Source: Saccharolobus solfataricus
GTDB taxonomy: Archaea > Thermoproteota > Thermoprotei_A > Sulfolobales > Sulfolobaceae
Reading direction: 5' to 3'
Assembly: GCF_900079115.1 (NCBI RefSeq)
Contig: NZ_LT549890.1
Coordinates: 2,370,001 to 2,402,000, forward strand
DNA length: 32,000 nucleotides
Part shown: one piece after another, positions 1 through 9,911 of the stretch
Layout: the number at the start of each line of letters is the position of its first letter
Position numbering within the stretch: the stretch's first letter is position 1
Made by a program: the position numbers and the translations under genes
Notes under the pieces: generated by a model
Database searches by the model: none
The model's input: the letters and a program-made list of their open reading frames with translations, nothing else
What the model was told of the DNA's origin: nothing

Positions 1-123
1 ATCACACTTTTCGTGCTCTTAATTTTCTTTAATAATTTCCAAATTTTTCATTATTTAATCTCGGCATAATCATAATAAAAAGTTTTTAAGGTGTTTAGAG
101 TTACTGTCGCTTTTTAGAAATCC

Positions 124-492
124 CTAATTATTTAAAAAAGACAACCCAATTTCTTTTGCTAGATCCTCTAGTCTCTTAGCTTCTTTTTTCATTTCTTTAA
201 TCAAAAGAGATTTAGGCTCCTTCCATTCTTCGGGTGTAAAAGCAAAGAATTCTACGCGTGCTCTCAAGTGCTTTCCAAGTTTTTCAAGCCTATCAATATA
301 CCTTAAGCCTTCAAAGTCTCGTGATATTATGACTAAATCTATGTCACTCGTCTCTAAGTAATCTCCTCTGGCCCTAGAACCCACTACGTACACATCTTCA
401 ATTCTAATTTCATTACTTATATCATTAATAAATTCTATTGCAACCTTTACCAATTCAACTTGACTTTTTAATGCAGATTTCGCCTTACCCAT
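124..492 (-). CDS. Minimal nucleotidyltransferase (MNT, Pol-beta superfamily), antitoxin-type partner of the adjacent HEPN protein
   Basis: 122 aa with the motif VVGSRARGDYLETSDIDLVI (GS-x-ARG...DxD), typical of minimal NTases. Its start overlaps the upstream HEPN gene by 25 nt. Confidence 0.8.
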   Translation of the reverse strand: MGKAKSALKSQVELVKVAIEFINDISNEIRIEDVYVVGSRARGDYLETSDIDLVIISRDFEGLRYIDRLEKLGKHLRARVEFFAFTPEEWKEPKSLLIKEMKKEAKRLEDLAKEIGLSFLNN

Positions 493-860
493 TCTATCAC
501 TTTTTCCGCTTTTTTTACTAACTCCTCAGCATCTTCCTTAGTGTACAACGAGTAAGGTATTGTATTCGCCGCATCTGGATACCTAGAGATAGTGTAATGC
601 AAAGTAAGTTTGTTTACTTCGCTCCTTATCTCCTCTACTGGCAATCCTATCTCCTCCTTTATTACATATAATAATTGGTTTAAATCGTGTGTCCTCTCGA
701 TCTTTCCATTCTCTATCAAGAGGGCCTTTAGAGCTTTCTCAGCAGCTTGCTCTGCCCAAAAGGCTGAAGCATAATAGTGACCAGTCGTAATGGTGTCTTT
801 AGCCGTTGCCAAATCCTCTAAGGCTTGTCTAAACCATTTTTGTGCCTCTTCTCTCATCAA
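468..860 (-). CDS. HEPN domain protein (PF05168-like)
   Basis: 130 aa, all-helical in appearance. Motifs ERTHDLNQL and HYTISRYPD resemble the HEPN THDL and RYP signatures. Translationally coupled to the MNT gene. Confidence 0.75.
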   Translation of the reverse strand: MMREEAQKWFRQALEDLATAKDTITTGHYYASAFWAEQAAEKALKALLIENGKIERTHDLNQLLYVIKEEIGLPVEEIRSEVNKLTLHYTISRYPDAANTIPYSLYTKEDAEELVKKAEKVIEWVRRNLH

Positions 861-980
861 TTTAGATTAGCATCTAACTCTTTTAATCATAACTATTCTG
901 ACGAGAAGTGTGGAGGTAACAGTTGAATTCTGTTCCATGTTAGCAGAACTCTTTTTCTATCATTTATTGTCAGATAAAAT

Positions 981-1067
981 GTGGAAAGAATACTGAGACC
1001 TAAGGAAGCTTGTCAATTACTAGGAGTTTCCTATTTATCGCTAATATTGAATCAGATATCTAATTAG
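981..1067 (+). pseudogene. 29-codon remnant of a MerR/excisionase-like HTH (resembles the N-terminus of IS607-type serine recombinase OrfA)
   Basis: GTG-initiated frame reads VERILRPKEACQLLGVSYLSLILNQISN then stop. The RPKEA-x-LLGVS pattern is typical of excisionase/MerR-type HTH starts. No catalytic domain follows. Confidence 0.25.
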
Positions 1068-1636
1068 GTTTTACTCTGGACCAATTTAACGTTACCTTTC
1101 TCTATTACAACGTAACCCCTATCATTGTATAAATTTTCTACATTAGACAAAGTACCCGCATTTACGCAATTAATACTCTTAAAATACCTTAATGCGTGAG
1201 AGTGACCTAATATTATCGTAGCATTGAAATTCATGAGCATAATTCTAAAAAATATACAGAAGAGAAAGGGTGGAATATTATCATTTATTTTCTTTAAGAT
1301 TTTGGCTATACTATATTCATCACTTTCATTAAAGTATTGATGACCATGAAGGAGAATAAAACGTCTACCATTATTCTTAATCTTGACTAAATCAAAATCT
1401 CCTCTAAACTTATCTTCATCACCTCTAACATAGATTATATTCTTTCTGATTTTTAGGCTATTGATAAAATTTCTATAATCCTCGCTTTTAGAGACAACTA
1501 TATCCCCTAAGAGAACAGTAAGGGAGGGTTTCTCAGATAGCATTATTTTATTTATCTCTTCCGTATTGCAGTAGGGGTAATGAATGTCAGATAGAATCAA
1601 TATCTTACCGTCCCATTCAATGGAAATCTCTCTCAA
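1064..1636 (-). CDS. Metallophosphoesterase (calcineurin-like, YfcE/MJ0936-like)
   Basis: Ordered motifs LSDIHYP (DxH), LLGDIV (GD), VRGDED, LLHGH and GHSH. Confidence 0.75.
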   Translation of the reverse strand: MREISIEWDGKILILSDIHYPYCNTEEINKIMLSEKPSLTVLLGDIVVSKSEDYRNFINSLKIRKNIIYVRGDEDKFRGDFDLVKIKNNGRRFILLHGHQYFNESDEYSIAKILKKINDNIPPFLFCIFFRIMLMNFNATIILGHSHALRYFKSINCVNAGTLSNVENLYNDRGYVVIEKGNVKLVQSKT

Positions 1637-1677
1637 ACTTTTTATCCCTATGGTATAATTTTAATCGGTGGTAAAAA

Positions 1678-2091
1678 ATGAAGGTGTACTTCGATGATAT
1701 ATACGTCTCTACAGCGAGGCAGTTTGAGTTAGTTGACATTACTGACCAAGTTGAGCAGATTGTGGAAAAGAGTGGTATAAAAAATGGGATTTGTCTAATA
1801 TTCGTAGCCCACTCAACTGCGGCAATAGTTGCTAACGAACACGAAAGAGGTTTGATGGAGGACATTTTAACTAAGATAAAGGAGTTTACAGAACCTTCAA
1901 GAAGTTGGAAACATAATCTAATTGACGACAACGCACACGCCCACTTAGGGGCGACTTTTCTAGGAGCAGAAAGAGTATTCCCTGTTAGAGAAGGTAAATT
2001 AGTTAGAGGAACATGGCAGAATATATTTTTAGTGGAATTAGATGGTCCTAGAAGCGAGAGACATATCACAGTTGAGATTTTAGGAGAGTAA
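1678..2091 (+). CDS. YjbQ/UPF0047 family protein (secondary thiamine-phosphate synthase family)
   Basis: 137 aa. [35 protein letters not shown] and the C-terminal VEILGE match the family pattern. Confidence 0.8.
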   Translation: MKVYFDDIYVSTARQFELVDITDQVEQIVEKSGIKNGICLIFVAHSTAAIVANEHERGLMEDILTKIKEFTEPSRSWKHNLIDDNAHAHLGATFLGAERVFPVREGKLVRGTWQNIFLVELDGPRSERHITVEILGE

Positions 2092-3048
2092 CCAAATTTG
2101 CCACGAATACAAGTAATAGCCCATTATTGCAGTACCTTGGTTGTCACTAAACTCCATGCCAACTTGTATTGCATCTAGATAGTACGTGTTTACATTATAT
2201 ATATTTACCCCAGCTTTTTCTATATAAGAACCCATATTCTTTAATATATAACCTATGGGCACCCCGAATTCTGCCTTAGGTTCTTTTAAGGGTGATAGAA
2301 AGTAAACTCCCGTCCAGCCGTTAGCTGAGCCAGTTCTAGGCAAGACGTAGACTTCCCAACTCAAGTTCTCAATTTTACCATTAATAAGTGTTGGAATGCT
2401 CATGTTGCCAACATATATGAAATATGGCGTATGCGACAAGTTCTCATTCCAATACATCCAAATCATTATTTCGAAATCGCCATATTGTAAAGAAGTTATG
2501 TTTGGATTTTGTGAAAGCCAAATATCATAGGAGAAGTCGTCGATACTTCCGTTAATAAGATAAACGGAGTAATTGAGAATCGAATAGAAGTTTGGTAAGC
2601 GTAAAACAATCATTGGTAAGGATAGGAATTGAAGTTGTGTGGTTCTGTACATAAATGGCCACCATAATTCTTGACCATACATTAAACCCGGATAGCCATC
2701 AACTACATTTGATGATATCTTACTTATTTGAGATAGGTTTATGGCTACGTGTAAATAGTTGATATTTATGGTCATATTGACGTTTCCTAGAGCGTATCCT
2801 ATATTCCACAAGAACGGCGAGACCATCAAAGTGGCATTTGTTGATGAATTCAGTATAGCTAAAGCATCTGCAGAATTACTAGAATAGTTACCAAGTACAC
2901 TGAAAGGACGATTATGAGCGGGGAAAAGAGTGAACCTTTCGGTACTTCTTGTCAAGCTAGCATTTTGATGGAACTTTCCAAATTCTATAGACACAATTAT
3001 GCCTAGTACAATTATTACCACGACAAATATAGGAATCAGCTTATTCAT
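2080..3048 (-). CDS. celS: GH12 endo-1,4-beta-glucanase with N-terminal membrane anchor
   Basis: N-terminal TM segment ([17 protein letters not shown]). GH12 nucleophile motif FEIMIWMYW and acid/base region [11 protein letters not shown]. Many N-x-S/T sequons. Its position next to adh fits my memory of the S. solfataricus celS locus. Confidence 0.8.
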   Translation of the reverse strand: MNKLIPIFVVVIIVLGIIVSIEFGKFHQNASLTRSTERFTLFPAHNRPFSVLGNYSSNSADALAILNSSTNATLMVSPFLWNIGYALGNVNMTININYLHVAINLSQISKISSNVVDGYPGLMYGQELWWPFMYRTTQLQFLSLPMIVLRLPNFYSILNYSVYLINGSIDDFSYDIWLSQNPNITSLQYGDFEIMIWMYWNENLSHTPYFIYVGNMSIPTLINGKIENLSWEVYVLPRTGSANGWTGVYFLSPLKEPKAEFGVPIGYILKNMGSYIEKAGVNIYNVNTYYLDAIQVGMEFSDNQGTAIMGYYLYSWQIWLLS

Positions 3049-3422
3049 AAGATACTATTTACTCTAACATTATTTAAAAATTAGTTTAGACTCGGTCTAG
3101 TTTATCTATTGACTATTCTTTTTCAATAAACTACTATATTATCTTACTTTCAATTAATCTCAAAGTGTGCAGTTTAGGTTTGTAATACCTCTTAAACGTT
3201 TGTGAAAATTCAACAAAACCCCCAAGACATTAGTGCAAAAAGTTAACATACCCAAGACACTTGATCCAACTCATAAAATAACTAAACGATAATTGGAAAT
3301 TCTGTATCGCTAAATATAAATTACAAAACTACGATAATTTTTTTATCTTAAATTTTGGGACTTTATCATGATTAATTTATAAGACCAACAATGCTTAAGA
3401 TATCCCTTGAAATATTAGATTT

Positions 3423-4163
3423 ATGACAAAAATCCTTTTGGAGAAGAGAAAAGACGTTTGTTGGATAACATTGAATAGACCTGAAAAGTTAAATGCGTTA
3501 GATAAGGAAAGCTGGAGTCTTTTAGCGAATCATTTAGGAGAATGTAACAATGATCAGTCAATTTCAGCGATAGTCTTAACAGGTAATGGAAGAGCTTTCT
3601 CTGCGGGAGATGACATAAACGCGATGTTAGAACTAAAAGATCAAAAGGATGCTCTAGATTTCTTCAACACATTATATAGCGCAGTGGAAAGCTTAGTGGA
3701 TTTGAAAAAGCCACTAGTTTGTGCTGTTAACGGACTAGCTTATGGTGGTGGATGCGAGATACTCCTTTTCTGTGATATCGTAATTGCAGTTAAAGATGCT
3801 ACTTTTTCCATTCCAGAGGGAAGGTTAGGATTAATTCCTCCAATCGCAATATCCTTGGGTTATTTAATTTTGGGTAGGTCAATTGCCAGGTTAGCATTGA
3901 CTGGAGATTCTATAACTGCTGAAGAGGCTAAGATGATTGGACTGGTGGATATTGTTGTTGCAAATGAAGACCTCCTCACAGAAGTTGAGAGACAATTGGA
4001 AAAAATTAAAAGTATTGATAGGAGTTCTATTCTAACAATAAAAAATTGGTTAAGAGATGATAAGGAGAAGATAAGGAAGGCGGTTATGGAATTAGCGTTG
4101 ATGGCGTTGGGTAATTCCGCAAAAGAGAAAATGAAGGAATTCATGAACAGAAAACGATCATAA
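3423..4163 (+). CDS. Enoyl-CoA hydratase/isomerase (crotonase) family protein
   Basis: 246 aa. LNRPEKLNAL, GNGRAFSAGDD and VNGLAYGGGCEILLFCD are canonical crotonase oxyanion-hole motifs. Confidence 0.85.
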   Translation: MTKILLEKRKDVCWITLNRPEKLNALDKESWSLLANHLGECNNDQSISAIVLTGNGRAFSAGDDINAMLELKDQKDALDFFNTLYSAVESLVDLKKPLVCAVNGLAYGGGCEILLFCDIVIAVKDATFSIPEGRLGLIPPIAISLGYLILGRSIARLALTGDSITAEEAKMIGLVDIVVANEDLLTEVERQLEKIKSIDRSSILTIKNWLRDDKEKIRKAVMELALMALGNSAKEKMKEFMNRKRS

Positions 4164-4299
4164 TAGTGGTTGCCATTGCCTTTGTCTATATAAATCTTAA
4201 TATCATAATACTCTAGACAATTGTCAGTAATGCTATTACGTTATATAACATTATAATATTTAATAATACGAAAAACCTATTTATATTTTATGAAGTAGC

Positions 4300-5343
4300 A
4301 TGAGAGCAGTTAGATTAGTAGAAATAGGAAAACCCCTTAGCTTACAAGAGATAGGTGTGCCTAAACCCAAAGGACCTCAAGTCTTAATAAAAGTAGAGGC
4401 AGCGGGAGTTTGTCATTCTGATGTGCACATGAGACAAGGAAGGTTTGGGAATTTAAGAATAGTGGAGGATTTGGGTGTAAAATTGCCCGTAACTTTAGGT
4501 CATGAGATTGCAGGAAAAATAGAGGAAGTTGGAGATGAAGTAGTTGGATATTCTAAGGGGGATCTAGTTGCAGTTAATCCTTGGCAGGGAGAAGGAAATT
4601 GCTACTATTGTAGAATAGGAGAGGAGCATCTGTGTGACTCTCCTAGATGGTTGGGGATTAATTTTGATGGAGCTTATGCAGAGTATGTAATAGTTCCTCA
4701 TTATAAATATATGTATAAGCTGAGAAGACTTAACGCTGTAGAAGCAGCACCGTTAACTTGTTCTGGAATAACTACATATAGGGCAGTAAGAAAGGCATCT
4801 TTAGATCCAACTAAGACACTACTAGTAGTGGGTGCTGGAGGAGGCTTAGGCACAATGGCAGTGCAGATAGCCAAAGCTGTTAGTGGTGCAACGATAATAG
4901 GTGTGGATGTGAGGGAAGAGGCAGTGGAGGCTGCTAAGAGAGCTGGAGCTGACTACGTAATAAACGCATCAATGCAAGACCCCTTAGCGGAGATAAGAAG
5001 GATAACTGAAAGTAAGGGAGTGGATGCCGTAATAGACCTGAATAACTCTGAGAAAACGCTTTCAGTTTACCCTAAAGCTTTGGCAAAACAAGGTAAATAC
5101 GTAATGGTGGGATTGTTTGGTGCAGATTTGCATTATCATGCACCTCTAATAACTTTATCAGAAATACAATTTGTAGGCAGTTTAGTTGGGAATCAATCAG
5201 ACTTCTTGGGGATAATGAGATTAGCAGAGGCTGGTAAAGTCAAACCTATGATAACTAAAACTATGAAACTAGAAGAGGCAAATGAGGCTATTGATAATTT
5301 AGAGAATTTTAAGGCTATTGGAAGACAAGTACTCATACCATAA
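4300..5343 (+). CDS. adh: NAD-dependent zinc alcohol dehydrogenase (SsADH)
   Basis: 347 aa. GVCHSDVH zinc motif, structural-zinc Cys cluster ([12 protein letters not shown]) and the GAGGGLG Rossmann motif. Matches my recollection of the S. solfataricus ADH sequence. Confidence 0.95.
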
Positions 5344-5412
5344 AAAGGAAAAACTTAAGTTATTTTTTTACAAAATATTTATTCTCAATAGAGTTAGAAG
5401 ATATAAGATATT

Positions 5413-7224
5413 TCAATCTTTTTCTAATCTAAATGGCGATACTGAATCACCGTATTTATTGATGTAATCGACAATTCTCTCTTTTTGCATCTTCAACTCG
5501 TTGATTACTTCAGATGGTATATCTTCAAATTTAAGGTAAATTTCAATTATACGTTCGGTTTTCTCTAAGTATTTCCTCAATTTTATTGTGAATTGCTTTT
5601 CATACTCTTCCTTACCGTATTCCTTTCCTAAAACTCGTTTGAAAAGGGCTTTAAGATCTTCATAAAATGGGATAAGACCAATAGGTGTATAGATCGCATT
5701 AGCAGTTTCCTCCACTCTTTTTACTGCCCAGCTAACCCATACTTTCTTATCTTCCTTTGAGTTCAAGAACTTATTATCATCTTTTAGAAAATAGTTGAAA
5801 CCAAATATTTTAGGACTTTTCCTTAATCTCTTGCCGAAATTCAAATAATTTCTTAAATATCTACTAAGTGAAATTGGCATGAAGTCTAAAATTGCCATTG
5901 GATTAAATTCTAGCTCATCAGACTTCCCAATTACTGCTGAAGTTCTAGCGGACTCCATTGAAGCTCCAATGGTTATAACTCCATGTGACCATGAAAAGGC
6001 CTCAACAACCGGAACAAGAGTACTATAATCTCTTACACCAAATATTATGCCATCAATGATGACGCCATTCGGATTATCCCAATTCTTGTCTAAATTACTA
6101 AATGAAGTTAAAGGAACAGTAAATCTAGCGTTCGGATGAGAGGCTGGTTTACCACTTTCCCTATCCCACCTTCCCTCATGGTTATATCCCCTTTCTGGTT
6201 TTGGTAATTCACTTCCCTCCCAGTATACATCACCATCTTCAGTCATTAATACATTAGAGAATATCACTTCTCCAGGTTTATGGAGAACTTCCCATATTAT
6301 TGGGTCATCCCTAGCGTTTATGCCTTGTATAATCCCGAAAACTCCGATTTCCGGATTTACTGCCTTAGGAAGGCCTTCAAATTCCCTTATAAATGCTAAA
6401 TCATCGCTTATTAGATTCCCGATCATTGACGTAGAGGTCTTCCCACTTCCAGAGGGAAATGACGCTGTAAAATAGTGTATACCTTTATCTCCATTGAATC
6501 CAACTATAGCCATATGCTCAGAAAGCCAACCTTCCTCTACAGCTTTCATTATAGTTAACCTTAAAGCTAACTTCTTCAAACCAACACTGTTACCAGCGTA
6601 AGTTGTGTTAACGCTATACACCGTATTGTTCGCTAGGTCAATCATTATCCTTCTTTTCTTTATATCTGGCTCTCCTTTTGAGTGGACGAACCTTAAAAAT
6701 TTAGTGTTGTTACTGAAATCCTCAAATGCGATTCTATATAATATGTTTTCACTATGAATGACGTATGGAGAATCAGTCACTTGAACTGCTAAAATCTGGA
6801 AAGGGGAATTTCTGGGCCCTAGAGAATAAAATCCCACATACATTTCCCTCCCTCTCATTGAACCCTTAAGCAAAGTCAGCATTTCACTTAAACCCTCATT
6901 TCTAGGTTTAGTATTAACATAAGGGATCTTAGTATCACTGAGTATGAATGTATCTTCCCTAGCTCTAGCTTGATCTAAAGGATGATCGAAATGTATAGTA
7001 TGCCCACTAGTCTGTAATCTTATCTCTTCCTTGCTTTCTAGAGCTTTCTTCCTAATATATTCCTTCTCCTCATCACTCCCAGTTATAAGATATACGCTAT
7101 CTGGTTCGCACAACTTAACAACACTGTTTAAAAATTCAATTAAAGGATAATTATTAATGGATTCTAATTTTTTAACTGCATCTCTTTGAATGAAATTGTT
7201 TAAGAAATCTAAACTAGATTTCAT
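5413..7224 (-). CDS. pckG: Phosphoenolpyruvate carboxykinase (GTP)
   Basis: 603 aa. Kinase-1a loop FPSGSGKTS and conserved PNARFT and [10 protein letters not shown] blocks typical of GTP-PEPCK. Confidence 0.9.
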   Translation of the reverse strand: MKSSLDFLNNFIQRDAVKKLESINNYPLIEFLNSVVKLCEPDSVYLITGSDEEKEYIRKKALESKEEIRLQTSGHTIHFDHPLDQARAREDTFILSDTKIPYVNTKPRNEGLSEMLTLLKGSMRGREMYVGFYSLGPRNSPFQILAVQVTDSPYVIHSENILYRIAFEDFSNNTKFLRFVHSKGEPDIKKRRIMIDLANNTVYSVNTTYAGNSVGLKKLALRLTIMKAVEEGWLSEHMAIVGFNGDKGIHYFTASFPSGSGKTSTSMIGNLISDDLAFIREFEGLPKAVNPEIGVFGIIQGINARDDPIIWEVLHKPGEVIFSNVLMTEDGDVYWEGSELPKPERGYNHEGRWDRESGKPASHPNARFTVPLTSFSNLDKNWDNPNGVIIDGIIFGVRDYSTLVPVVEAFSWSHGVITIGASMESARTSAVIGKSDELEFNPMAILDFMPISLSRYLRNYLNFGKRLRKSPKIFGFNYFLKDDNKFLNSKEDKKVWVSWAVKRVEETANAIYTPIGLIPFYEDLKALFKRVLGKEYGKEEYEKQFTIKLRKYLEKTERIIEIYLKFEDIPSEVINELKMQKERIVDYINKYGDSVSPFRLEKD

Positions 7225-7757
7225 GTTATATGTATAGTATTTAAGAGCATAAATGTTTTCCTTTTAACTAATAATAATACTTTACGATGGGCTCTAAACA
7301 TCACTGTATTGAAAATAAATTTAATATATAAAGAATCATTTCTCTCTACTTTGATTAAATAATCTTAAATAGCCGATATGAGTGGGGACAACAATTTCAT
7401 TCATTTGAAACTTAGTTTAAATTACTCTAATACCACTTTCGGTAAATGCTTTTATATTGTATAGCAAACTTTCTGAAAAAGGATTAAAAATTATAATATT
7501 TTATCCTTATTAACATCTAAATTACGCGTTGAATCGAGGATAGACTAAGGATTTATATGATTTATACTACATTAACGAAATTGTTATCTGCACTCTCCGA
7601 TATATCAGAGAAAAAAGCAAAAGTCTAAAATCCTCTCTTTGCCTCATCGTTGAATATAGTTATAGAAAGTAGATAATCAAGCCAACAAGAAGATTAATAT
7701 GCGGAACATTAACTTAGTCGAGTCAGTGAATAAGAAGTCAAAGTTAAAAATTATTTA

Positions 7758-9155
7758 TTAATAATATCCATACTCTTTCATAAGTCTGTCTATAGAACAG
7801 AAAGCCGGGAACGTCTTATAAGCGTTGTAACCCACCTCGTAATACTTATTTAACGCTACTTTGATCTTATTTATAAACTCTTCATACTCCTTATTATCAT
7901 CATAAACGTTAAATGGAAGTAGAATATCCCTATCTTCGCCATAGAGCCATCCGTTATAGCCATCATTAATTATCTCTGTAACAGCTCCGTCTCTAGAGGC
8001 TACTGATGGAATACCATTTATCCCTGCTTTCATAAAACTAGTACCACTAGCTTCCCAGCCGGAGTATGGAGTAAAAGTCCATATATCACTGGCCCATATT
8101 GCAAGTTTCATAAAATTAGCGTCAGCACCTCTTATGTAAATTACGTTATTTCTCTTATCGGAAATTTCCTTAAACTTTCGTTCGATTTCCACGGCGGAAT
8201 AATCCTTAGGATGAGCTAATCCTCCTATTATGAAAAAAACATCATCCTTCAAATCATCGATTAGTCTTAAAATGAAATCCGGTCTCTTATATCCTGTAAT
8301 TCTCCTTAGCCAAGCAATAGTAGGTTTATCAGTGTCTTTTCCTAGTTTCTTAATACTATCTCTTTTCACTTCTATTCTCTTTTTCATAAAATCATCCAAG
8401 TCTTTAACCATGTTAAGAGATGGGTTTCTCCATCTTGAAATTTCAATCCCATTGGTGACTGCTCTTATTTTATGCATGTGTTGAGGAAAAGTTCTACTTA
8501 CATGTTTTAACATCTTTTTCGATACTACAATACCTTCTATTGAAGCGGAAAGACCAATATCTGTCATCACTACGTGATCAAGTGGGAACTCGAAACTAAA
8601 TTCCTTTTTGAACAAATGAGATGGAAAAGTTGGATGACCCCAAGGTGCAGGAGTGTGAACTACAATTCTGTACCTAGGGAAATACCTTAAAAGTGGAAGG
8701 AAGGCTGGACAAGCCTCTTGCATATCAACGAATTTTACCTTATCCCATCCTATCCTTTCGCTAATGTAATTCTCTGCGACCTTTGCTAATAAAAGGCATT
8801 TATAAAACCTCTCATCATTGCTATTCTCCACATAAAGCTGGTCATTAAGATTAGTGTTTAATGGGTTAGCAAAGATAACTTTTGCAGTATTTAGAGTGTA
8901 AGCTAAATATTCAACCATTATTCTTTGATCTCCAACTGTAATCTCGTTTTCCCATTCCTTATTTAAATGGGATAATAACTCCCTTTGTTTTCCTTCTCCA
9001 TCAGCGTAACCTCTTCTGTAGAGTAACGTAATTACCGTGTAGTTAATCCCCAATCTAGCTGCAGCGTAAAACTTATCTCCTTCAAGAATACCTAGGCCTC
9101 CAGCGAAATTTTGACCAATATCTAAACCAATCTCAGCTGTGACGCTTACTATCAT
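7758..9155 (-). CDS. glgP: Alpha-glucan (glycogen/maltodextrin) phosphorylase, short archaeal GT35 form
   Basis: N-terminal GGLGILEGDKFYAAARLG and the PLP-lysine block WEASGTSFMKAGINGIPSVASRDG are GT35 hallmarks. Confidence 0.8.
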   Translation of the reverse strand: MIVSVTAEIGLDIGQNFAGGLGILEGDKFYAAARLGINYTVITLLYRRGYADGEGKQRELLSHLNKEWENEITVGDQRIMVEYLAYTLNTAKVIFANPLNTNLNDQLYVENSNDERFYKCLLLAKVAENYISERIGWDKVKFVDMQEACPAFLPLLRYFPRYRIVVHTPAPWGHPTFPSHLFKKEFSFEFPLDHVVMTDIGLSASIEGIVVSKKMLKHVSRTFPQHMHKIRAVTNGIEISRWRNPSLNMVKDLDDFMKKRIEVKRDSIKKLGKDTDKPTIAWLRRITGYKRPDFILRLIDDLKDDVFFIIGGLAHPKDYSAVEIERKFKEISDKRNNVIYIRGADANFMKLAIWASDIWTFTPYSGWEASGTSFMKAGINGIPSVASRDGAVTEIINDGYNGWLYGEDRDILLPFNVYDDNKEYEEFINKIKVALNKYYEVGYNAYKTFPAFCSIDRLMKEYGYY

Positions 9156-9200
9156 GTCTGTTTGCTAAACTGATGAATCACTTAAAAAATTATTTCCAAA

Positions 9201-9794
9201 TCATATTAGACTTACGCTTATACTTTTCTTTCCCTCCACTCTTATTTTATCTCTTCTCTTAACGCTAATAGGTCCAATAAATACTCCTAATGATACATAA
9301 CCTTCCATGTACTCTCTAACCTTTTCTTCTGGCTTATATTTAGGCTCGCCATCTCCTATAAATCTATCATTTATGTAAAGCTTAAACGAACCGAAAGGAG
9401 GGTCAATCTCTGGACCTACATGTAATCTAGCCGCGAAAATATCGTCAGCGATAATGTAATGTTGAGGAAGATCCCATGTAGTAAATCTCGGAGCTGGTAT
9501 TTCCAATCCTAAGAATGTCCTTTTAACCTCACCGTTTTTAACTAATGCAACTATTTCGACTTCTAATTTGTGATTCCTAAACCACAACTCTACTATATTT
9601 TCCCTGGTTATCATTGGCTTTGTCAATACTCCTTCACCGAAGGCAGATAATTTATATCCGCCTAAACCCTCGCTATTTATTAGCATTTCAACAAATTCAT
9701 CCTTAACCTTCTTAGCCTCATCCTCAGCTAATGGGAAAGGTTCAATCTCTTTCCTACTCTTATATGCGTCGAATAATAACTCAGCCTTTTTCAT
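9201..9794 (-). CDS. 2-keto-4-pentenoate hydratase (MhpD)-like / FAH-fold protein, short form
   Basis: 197 aa. The layout ([40 protein letters not shown]) resembles the MhpD/HpcG hydratase pattern. Shorter than typical members. Confidence 0.4.
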   Translation of the reverse strand: MKKAELLFDAYKSRKEIEPFPLAEDEAKKVKDEFVEMLINSEGLGGYKLSAFGEGVLTKPMITRENIVELWFRNHKLEVEIVALVKNGEVKRTFLGLEIPAPRFTTWDLPQHYIIADDIFAARLHVGPEIDPPFGSFKLYINDRFIGDGEPKYKPEEKVREYMEGYVSLGVFIGPISVKRRDKIRVEGKKSISVSLI

Positions 9795-9911
9795 TACTGT
9801 TTAGCAAGAAAATTAGATATTAAATATTTTCCTAGTTGTTGTTAGGTTAATACCAGCAGATGTTAGAGGCACTGTATCAAACTTCTCACTCTTTACTAGT
9901 AGTAGGAAGGG

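Noticed and set aside
1617-2069. 150-aa minus-strand ORF overlapping the YjbQ-family gene
   Set aside because: It is entirely antisense to a gene with strong family motifs. Its translation is low-complexity with no motif, so it is a shadow ORF.
3860-4144. 94-aa minus-strand ORF inside the crotonase gene
   Set aside because: Antisense shadow of a well-supported CDS.
7225-7757. 533-bp gap between pckG and glgP, inspected for small RNAs or ORFs
   Set aside because: I found no convincing C/D-box pair, tRNA-like structure, repeat or ORF. I treat it as promoter/terminator spacer.
8230-8484. 84-aa plus-strand ORF inside glgP
   Set aside because: Antisense shadow. The Ser/Leu/Phe-rich product is typical of the reverse frame of AT-rich coding DNA.
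7758-9155. Alternative call as glycogen synthase (GT5) because of the GGLG N-terminal motif
   Set aside because: The EASGTSFMK block with the PLP-binding lysine is diagnostic of GT35 phosphorylases, not GT5 synthases.
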